Positions 1 to 4,838 are shown, numbered from the stretch's first letter. The stretch: 7,980 bases of DNA from Leidyana gryllorum EB-2025a (GCA_048772705.1 JBLWGC010000131.1:1-7980); one strand, 5' to 3'. Notes: generated by a model from the letters alone, not told the origin. Numbers and translations: made by a program.

Positions 1-62
1 TCAAATGGTAGAGCGCTCGCTTAGCATGCGAGAGGTACTGGGATCGATGCCCAGGTCGTCCA
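1..62 (+). tRNA. tRNA-Ala(AGC), 5' end cut by window edge
   Basis: Anticodon arm CTCGC-TTAGCAT-GCGAG, T-arm CTGGG-ATCGATG-CCCAG, 3' acceptor GTCGTCC-A; same family as 5033-5106. Confidence 0.93.
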
Positions 63-186
63 AACTTCGTACGGCTGCACCTGCCGCTATTTATTTCCCG
101 AGCTGAGATAATTGTGCCCTGTAACGATTGGACAGACCTGGGCATCGCAGTATGTGTGAAGGTTGCCTCAGAGCCCGGATTTCCGA

Positions 187-232
187 GTTTGTATGTTACA
201 ATGACACACTCTGCCGACTAAGATACAAGAGT
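187..232 (-). pseudogene. decayed tRNA-Asn 5' remnant
   Basis: acacactctgccgactaagatacaaga aligns to acacgctctgccgactgagctacaaga of the Asn gene 1635-1707, and the adjacent flank is also similar; no T-arm or 3' acceptor strand. Confidence 0.7.
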
Positions 233-340
233 CAGTTACATTATTTCAAAGGTCAGTAGAGAGATGTGTGTTGCATGTGCCCAGTTGAGGAGGGCTAGTC
301 CGGATGGCTCTATCAACTCTTTTTTGGGAAGGACTGGATC

Positions 341-411
341 GGTTACTTGGTGTAGTGGTTAGCACTGGAGACTCTAAATCTCGCGACCTAGTTCGATTCC
401 CGGCGCGACCT
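341..411 (+). pseudogene. tRNA-Gln-derived gene with CTA (amber) anticodon, probably a pseudogene
   Basis: Paralogue of Gln(CTG) 2405-2476; loop CT-CTA-AA (anticodon 374-376); two acceptor mismatches, G-G at the top of the anticodon stem, 1-nt loss in the T-stem. Confidence 0.8.
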
Positions 412-474
412 GGAAACTGGTCTCCACTTAACCGTGAAACCTCGCCACTTCTCTTGGTCTGCGGGACTTTCGCT

Positions 475-547
475 GCAGCCATGGTCTAGTGGTCACGACG
501 TCTGCTTAACACGCAGAAGGTCCCGAGTTCGATCCTCGGTGGCTGTA
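475..547 (+). tRNA. tRNA-Val(AAC)
   Basis: GCAGCCA/TGGCTGT-A acceptor; TCTGC-TTAACAC-GCAGA; CCGAG-TTCGATC-CTCGG. Confidence 0.93.
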
Positions 548-600
548 ACTCGCGTTTGTCAGGTGAGCACCACCAAATCTAAAGCGGAAGAACGAAGTGT

Positions 601-672
601 CTCCGAGACCGGGAATCGAACCCGGGTCTTCCGAGTGAGAGGCGGAAATACTAAGCACTATACTATCTCGGA
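601..672 (-). tRNA. tRNA-Asp-type body with CTC (Glu) anticodon; possible pseudogene
   Basis: TCCGAGA/TCTCGGA-G acceptor, perfect T-arm, arm TCCGC-CTCTCAC-TCGGA with a C-T mismatch; D-loop GG reads GC; body differs from the Glu genes at 1825 and 7213. Confidence 0.75.
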
Positions 673-767
673 CGCTCGTGGATACTCCGGCCTTCAACCC
701 CAAAAGTCCTCCGTTCTCGAGACTTCACAGTCAGAAAGCGTGTAAAGTGGCGAGCCAAGGGCGCTCC

Positions 768-848
768 GGCAAGATGGCCGAGTGGTCTAAGGCGTTGTGT
801 TGAGGCCGCAGTCCGAAAGGGAGTGGGTTCGAATCCCACTCTTTGTCA
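768..848 (+). tRNA. tRNA-Leu variant with GAG anticodon (derived from Leu CAG); possible pseudogene
   Basis: Paralogue of 5806-5885; loop TT-GAG-GC (anticodon 802-804); long variable arm; one extra T in the 3' acceptor strand. Confidence 0.8.
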
Positions 849-1085
849 GCCGTTGTATTGTATTGGCACTCAGTCCCCTCACTTCACTGATAGACAGGAC
901 GCTCGGGCGATTTATGCGACGAGCACCTACTCAAAGACACTGTTCCGGAATCGAGTCAAGCACTTTCTCCAGGCGAAGGAAACTCATACCACGAGCACTT
1001 CAGCCCCGCATGCGGGGCAGTGGATCCCCATACAGCTAGCAAGCTTGCCTCGGTCGAAACGGAACGTCTCCCGAGTGAGAGGCTA

Positions 1086-1158
1086 TGATGCGGATGGGAC
1101 TCGAACCCACAACTCCCGGTTCCGAAGACCGATGCCCTCTCCATTAGGCCACCGCACC
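1086..1158 (-). tRNA. tRNA-Arg(TCG)
   Basis: GGTGCGG/CCGCATC-A; TCGGT-CTTCGGA-ACCGG; GTGGG-TTCGAGT-CCCAT. Confidence 0.92.
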
Positions 1159-1258
1159 ATGGATAGGCTTCGGTCATCTCGCTACTGGTTGGGTGAAAGA
1201 GGAGACACCTCGGGGCAGCCCGCTTTCGTCCCACTCAAAAGTCGGATCCGTACCGAAT

Positions 1259-1331
1259 GCGGTTGTGGCGCAATGGATAGCGCGTTGCCCTCCTAAGGCA
1301 AAGGTTGAGGGTTCGAGTCCCTCCAGCCGTT
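1259..1331 (+). tRNA. tRNA-Arg(CCT)
   Basis: GCGGTTG/CAGCCGT-T; TTGCC-CTCCTAA-GGCAA; GAGGG-TTCGAGT-CCCTC. Confidence 0.95.
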
Positions 1332-1446
1332 TCCTGCGTGCCTTCGTTTGTGCAAAGTGGAGCACAAACTGGTGAAAGTGATCGATGGAGTTGGGAGATT
1401 GGTCATACCATGTAAAAAGAACTGGATGTACTGGGGTTTGCTGAAT

Positions 1447-1519
1447 GGGCGGCTAGCTCAGATGGTAGAGCGCTCGCTTCGCATGCGAGAGGTACTGGGA
1501 TCGATACCCAGGTCGTCCA
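1447..1519 (+). tRNA. tRNA-Ala(CGC)
   Basis: GGGCGGC/GTCGTCC-A with G3-U70; CTCGC-TTCGCAT-GCGAG; identical to 4839-4911. Confidence 0.96.
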
Positions 1520-1634
1520 AAGTACGTACGGCTGCACGTGGCGGGATCCAAACAAACTTACATCTTTGAAGAGTCGCAGACCACAAGTGCCATTGGGAGA
1601 GCAGCGCAGTCAATGTTTAGTGTGCCTCTGAAAC

Positions 1635-1707
1635 CGGTCCTGGCAGGTTTCGAACCTGCGACTTTGTGGTTAACAGCCACACGCTCTGCCGACTGAGCTA
1701 CAAGACC
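1635..1707 (-). tRNA. tRNA-Asn(GTT)
   Basis: GGTCTTG/CAGGACC-G; TGTGG-CTGTTAA-CCACA; GCAGG-TTCGAAA-CCTGC. Confidence 0.96.
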
Positions 1708-1824
1708 CAGCTACAATGGTTCAGAGGTTAGTATAGAAATCCTCCTTTTTCTACCGCAGGATTCTGCAACCAGGTCTTGTCAAGAGGGTACGGCTCTCGG
1801 CTAAAGCTGCAGCTGAGGGAGTTG

Positions 1825-1897
1825 TCCACTGTAGTCTAAGTGGCTAGGATATGCGGCTTTCACCCGCACGATCCGGGTTCAAGTCTCGGCAGTGGAA
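1825..1897 (+). tRNA. tRNA-Glu(TTC)
   Basis: TCCACTG/CAGTGGA-A; TGCGG-CTTTCAC-CCGCA; CCGGG-TTCAAGT-CTCGG. Confidence 0.93.
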
Positions 1898-2113
1898 GCT
1901 ACTCGAGCAAAGTGCCTCAGTCACTAGCCGAAGGAGCCGACTGATGTGTTCAGCAAAGCCTTATGATTGGTACTGAACCGGCCACTCCGACCTTCTTCCA
2001 CCCCGCCAAGCAGTCATTCAAAAGGCCAATACTGACATCGAGAAGGGGGTGTACCTACATCGCTACCAATTCGCACGGGATTCCCGATGGAAGGTGTAGC
2101 CCGTTCCGCTGTC

Positions 2114-2195
2114 GGCAAGGTGGCCGAGTGGTTAAGGCGGCGGCCTGCTAAGCCGTTGGGTTTCACCCGCGAGAGTTCGAATCTCTCCCTTGTCG
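2114..2195 (+). tRNA. tRNA-Ser(GCT)
   Basis: GGCAAGG/CCTTGTC-G; GCGGC-CTGCTAA-GCCGT; long variable arm GGGT-TTC-ACCC; GAGAG-TTCGAAT-CTCTC. Confidence 0.96.
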
Positions 2196-2404
2196 GTAGG
2201 TAGCATTCGGGAAAAAGCACAATTGGTTCACTCATTGAAGTGAGCTTTCTGTCCGACCCAAATCCAACGCTCTACGCTGGGCGCTATATACAGGAGCCAC
2301 TTAAAATATTTCAGAGGTCAGTAGAGAGACCCGTGTTGCGTGTGTCCAGTTGGGGAAGCGATAGTACGGATAATTTTACCGACTCTTCTGGGATGTGCTG
2401 AACC

Positions 2405-2476
2405 GGTTGCGTGGTGTAGTGGTTAGAACTGGAGACTCTGAATCTCCCGACCTGGGTTCGATTCCCGGCGCGACCT
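2405..2476 (+). tRNA. tRNA-Gln(CTG)
   Basis: GGTTGCG/CGCGACC-T; GGAGA-CTCTGAA-TCTCC; one D-stem mismatch (AGAACT vs AGCACT in its paralogues). Confidence 0.9.
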
Positions 2477-2538
2477 TGGAAGTGGTCCTCACTACTCCCT
2501 GAAACTTCGTCATCTCTTGGGCTGCGGGGACCATTCGT

Positions 2539-2565
2539 GCAGCCACGGTCTAGTGGTCTCGACGT
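2539..2565 (+). pseudogene. tRNA-Val 5' fragment
   Basis: gcagccacggtctagtggtctcgacgt matches the first ~27 nt of Val 475-547, in the same position after Gln; truncated before the anticodon loop. Confidence 0.8.
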
Positions 2566-2629
2566 ACACGACCGTTTTGCTTCAAATGAGAAGACAGAAT
2601 CGAGTTGAGCGAGTATGAGGGGCAGTTCT

Positions 2630-2701
2630 GGGTACGTAGCTCAGTGGTAGAGCAGCTGACTGCAGATCAGCAGGCTCGTGGTTCAACTCCGCGCGTGCCC
2701 T
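2630..2701 (+). tRNA. tRNA-Cys(GCA)
   Basis: GGGTACG/CGTGCCC-T (U73); GCTGA-CTGCAGA-TCAGC; CGTGG-TTCAACT-CCGCG. Confidence 0.95.
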
Positions 2702-2770
2702 GGAGATGGGCTAAAACGCTCGAAGTTGTTGGTCCAATTTTCCTGACCACAATGCAATGAGTCTGGAGCG

Positions 2771-2845
2771 GGGCCTATGGCGGAACGTAGCGGGTCTGAC
2801 TGTAGCTTAGAGAATTGGGCGTTTGAATCACTCAATTTGACCTCA
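2771..2845 (+). pseudogene. decayed tRNA-Trp (anticodon position now GTA)
   Basis: GGGCCTATGGC...GTCTGACT...GAATCAC aligns to Trp 6556-6625; acceptor and T-loop disrupted. Confidence 0.75.
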
Positions 2846-2870
2846 TGACCTTCCCGTATGGGGGGCAACC

Positions 2871-2931
2871 TGAGAAGAGTGGGATTCGGGCCGACGCCCT
2901 TCCAGCGCTGCGCCGTCTACAGCTTCTTGCC
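2871..2931 (-). pseudogene. decayed, internally deleted tRNA-Leu
   Basis: tgagaagagtgggattcg...acgccctt...tcttgcc matches both ends of the Leu genes; convergent with Trp as in 6439-6625. Confidence 0.7.
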
Positions 2932-3012
2932 AGTGTCTGAATGGCTCTGATGTTTGATTCTAACTCAGGGGGACCCAGCATCCGGGTCGGTGCCATCTGT
3001 CGTCGCAGAAGT

Positions 3013-3086
3013 GGTCGCGTAGCTCAGTCGGTTAGAGCGTGAGCCTAATAAGCTCAAGGTCCCCGGTTCGAGCCCGGGCGTGACCA
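3013..3086 (+). tRNA. tRNA-Ile(AAT)
   Basis: GGTCGCG/CGTGACC-A; TGAGC-CTAATAA-GCTCA; CCCGG-TTCGAGC-CCGGG. Confidence 0.97.
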
Positions 3087-3185
3087 AGTGAGTAGATCTC
3101 TGATAAAGAGTTGCCCGGACCCAAGGAAGCCCCAACATTCTGCGACCAATACGAAATGAACTTGTTAGCAAGTCCAAGCTTCCTT

Positions 3186-3279
3186 GCCGCGCCAGCTGTG
3201 TCGGTAGAGCGCAAGACTTTCAATGGAGAGACCGCGGGTTCGGGTGGAGAGACCGTGGGTTCGGGCAGCGCGAGCGGTG
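3186..3279 (+). pseudogene. tRNA-Lys-like pseudogene with an internal 21-bp tandem duplication
   Basis: TCGGTAGAGCGCAAGACTTT resembles eukaryotic Lys D/anticodon arms; ends GCCGC/GCGGT-G; 3' anticodon strand unpaired; paralogue at 6958-7031. Confidence 0.6.
3224..3265 (+). repeat. 21-bp tandem duplication (tggagagaccgYgggttcggg x2)
   Basis: 3224-3244 and 3245-3265 differ at one base; the paralogue has one unit. Confidence 0.92.
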
Positions 3280-3340
3280 CGAGTCAAGCTTGCTGAACGT
3301 ATGTGAAGCCACTGCCTGCGGCATGCCGAATTCAACTGTT

Positions 3341-3422
3341 GGCAACTTGCCCGAGTGGTTAAGGGGGTAGACTAGAAATCTACCGGGCCTGGCCCGCGCT
3401 GGTTCAAATCCAGCAGTTGTGG
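3341..3422 (+). tRNA. tRNA-Ser(AGA), G1-G72 mismatch
   Basis: GTAGA-CTAGAAA-TCTAC; variable arm GGGC-CTG-GCCC; near-identical to 6828-6909 but the 3' end reads AGTTGTGG. Confidence 0.88.
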
Positions 3423-3488
3423 TTGGAGGGGTAAACACCAACTGACGCATGAATTTCTAGAATGATGGAAAAACAACAATGTGTCCTC

Positions 3489-3559
3489 TGCATCTGTCGG
3501 GAATCGAACCCGGGTCGTCTCGATCACAACGAGACATTCTACCACTAGACCACAGATGC
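3489..3559 (-). tRNA. tRNA-Gly(GCC) body with GTG (His) anticodon
   Basis: GCATCTG/CAGATGC-A; TCTCG-TTGTGAT-CGAGA (anticodon at 3525-3527); differs from Gly(GCC) 6681-6751 at two anticodon bases and two bases at the T-stem/acceptor junction. Confidence 0.88.
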
Positions 3560-3672
3560 GTAATAACTTGTTGCGCTAGTCGCTCGGTGTGCAGACGCCA
3601 CAGCATTTCGTGATTCTTCATAGCATGGCCACTCTCTCGACTGTGCTGAGCGAGTTGCACCACCATCCGTTC

Positions 3673-3743
3673 GGCTGTTTGGTCTAGTAGTATGTTCCTT
3701 CCTTGGGGTGGAAGGAGTCTGGGTTCGATTCCCAGAACAGCAC
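3673..3743 (+). pseudogene. tRNA-Pro variant with GGG anticodon, probably a pseudogene
   Basis: CTTCC-TTGGGGT-GGAAG; paralogue of Pro(AGG) 7688-7759; G1-A72 mismatch, D-loop GG lost, 1-nt deletion. Confidence 0.8.
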
Positions 3744-3783
3744 GTCTTACAATTGTTGTCTCACTCCGCGTCTCTCCAAGGTC

Positions 3784-3838
3784 GGCTAAGATATGCGGCT
3801 CTCACTCGTACAATCCCGCATGAAGTCTAGACAGCTGA
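3784..3838 (+). pseudogene. decayed tRNA-Glu(CTC)
   Basis: ggctaagatatgcggctctcactcgta aligns to ggctaggatatgcggctctcacccgca of 7213-7285; T-arm and acceptor eroded. Confidence 0.75.
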
Positions 3839-3901
3839 GATAAAATCTGATTTGCATCAGTTGTGAGGGGCTAAAACCCGACCACTCGCCCAGACGCTAC
3901 T

Positions 3902-3949
3902 AATCCCCAGTTCCTTGGACCGACGCCACATCCATTGGGCCATACCGCC
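3902..3949 (-). pseudogene. tRNA-Arg-like 5' remnant
   Basis: Minus strand GGCGGTATGGCCCAATGGATGTGGCGTCGGTCCAAGGAACTGG resembles the D and anticodon arms of the Arg(TCG) genes; no T-arm. Confidence 0.6.
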
Positions 3950-4036
3950 GATCAACAGGGGCGTGAAATGAGAGTGTGTTGCGATCAAGCGTTGTCGATC
4001 CGGCAAGAGTTCCCATCCGAGACTCCAGAGACATAC

Positions 4037-4108
4037 TGTCCGAGCCAGGAATCGAGCCTGGGTTTGCACGGCCACAACGTGCTGTCCTAACCACTAGACG
4101 ACTCGGAC
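4037..4108 (-). tRNA. tRNA-His(GTG)
   Basis: GTCCGAG/CTCGGAC-A; GCACG-TTGTGGC-CGTGC; T-loop CTCGATT (C at 54); no encoded G-1. Confidence 0.9.
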
Positions 4109-4174
4109 AATCTTCTGGTGTGGGGCCACTCCTCGCCACATGACGGAATCGACAGTTGTGAGGAACTAGCGCAG

Positions 4175-4232
4175 ATCCAGCAGTTGTCGTGCGATATGAT
4201 TGGAGGGGTCAGACACCAACTTACGCATGAAT
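4175..4232 (+). pseudogene. 3' fragment of tRNA-Ser(AGA) plus its downstream flank
   Basis: atccagcagttgtcg-tgcgat...ttggag...acaccaac...acgcatgaat matches 3408-3454 and the reverse complement of ~6786-6842. Confidence 0.8.
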
Positions 4233-4295
4233 CCTCACCCACTAGCTCAACGCAGACTGCGGCCGAGTCTCATGTGCTGAAGCTCTTTCTCAAGT

Positions 4296-4366
4296 GCATT
4301 TGTGGTCCAAGGGTAGGATGCGAGCTTCCCATGCTCGCAGCCCGGGTTCGAGTCCCGGTAGGTGCA
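4296..4366 (+). tRNA. tRNA-Gly(CCC)
   Basis: GCATTTG/TAGGTGC-A; CGAGC-TTCCCAT-GCTCG; CCGGG-TTCGAGT-CCCGG. Confidence 0.9.
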
Positions 4367-4445
4367 GCCGATCGTACAGACTTGACCATGGCTGCAACGA
4401 TATTTTCAACATTTCGGGGCGAAGAGCAATGCACTTTAGACTGCT

Positions 4446-4517
4446 TGACCGAGCCAGGAATCGAGCCTGGGATTGCACGGCCACAACGTGCTGTCCTAAC
4501 CACTAGACGACTTGGAC
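4446..4517 (-). tRNA. tRNA-His(GTG), second copy with two acceptor mismatches
   Basis: Paralogue of 4037-4108; acceptor GTCCAAG/CTCGGTC has T-T and A-C pairs. Confidence 0.82.
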
Positions 4518-4698
4518 AATCTTTGAGCGAGTCTTCAGAGGTAGCGAAGCATCGATCCGGATGGAATGGAACAGGAACGTCAGACGAATTACGTCATTTA
4601 CCCGTCGAATAGCTGATGCCACTGCAATCAGATGGGTTGCCCTCTTCTCGAGACTTCACGAACAGAAAACGTGTAAAGTGGCGAGCCAAGAACACTCC

Positions 4699-4778
4699 GG
4701 CAAGATGGCCGAGTGGTCCAAGGCGCTGTGTGCAGGCCGCAGTCCGAAAGGGCTTGGGTTCGCATCCCACTCTTGTCA
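4699..4778 (+). pseudogene. tRNA-Leu(CAG), degenerate
   Basis: Paralogue of 5806-5885; U33 replaced by G, A58 replaced by C, T-T mismatch in the T-stem. Confidence 0.82.
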
Positions 4779-4838
4779 GCCGTTTTATCGGCCCTCGGTC
4801 AGCCACTGGACGCAATAGGTCTTCCATGTAGAGCGCAT
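4735..4838. repeat. Leu 3' half plus spacer; inverted copy at ~7876-7980
   Basis: tcggtcagccactg...caataggtcttccatgtag.gcgcatg is present on opposite strands. Confidence 0.88.

Larger units (their letters stand above)
360..900. repeat. block A (Gln-Val-Asp-Leu); inverted copy at ~5755-6228; partial direct copies at ~2308-2565 and ~4645-4784
   Basis: Same gene order, orientation and alignable spacers (e.g. gccgttgtattgtattggcac, ttctcgagacttcac); boundaries approximate. Confidence 0.9.
950..1519. repeat. block B (Arg TCG-Arg CCT-Ala); inverted copy at ~5033-5598
   Basis: Spacers near-identical on opposite strands (e.g. ccatggataggcttcggtcatctcg, gtgccttcgtttgtgcaaagtggagcacaaac). Confidence 0.95.
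3078..3565. repeat. block C (Ile 3' end-Lys pseudogene-Ser AGA-Gly); inverted copy at ~6676-7152
   Basis: Spacers align on opposite strands (e.g. gtaaacaccaactgacgcatgaatttct, aatgatggaaaaaacaacaatgtgtcctc). Confidence 0.95.

Noticed and set aside
1259-1897. About 188-190 bp periodicity of four consecutive genes (nucleosome-like)
   Set aside because: It holds for only three intervals with mixed strands, and spacing elsewhere is irregular.
2255-2297. Possible additional tRNA relic on the minus strand (GTAGAGCGTTGG)
   Set aside because: It is too short and degenerate to assign or to distinguish from chance.
2771-2845. Trp body with GTA as a functional Tyr-decoding tRNA
   Set aside because: The acceptor stem and T-loop are destroyed, so the anticodon change is part of general decay.
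3938-4030. 5S rRNA-like words (ggccatacc, tcccatccga.actcc)
   Set aside because: Spacing and the remaining sequence do not fit 5S, and the first word is explained by the antisense Arg-like relic. An Rfam RF00001 search would settle it.
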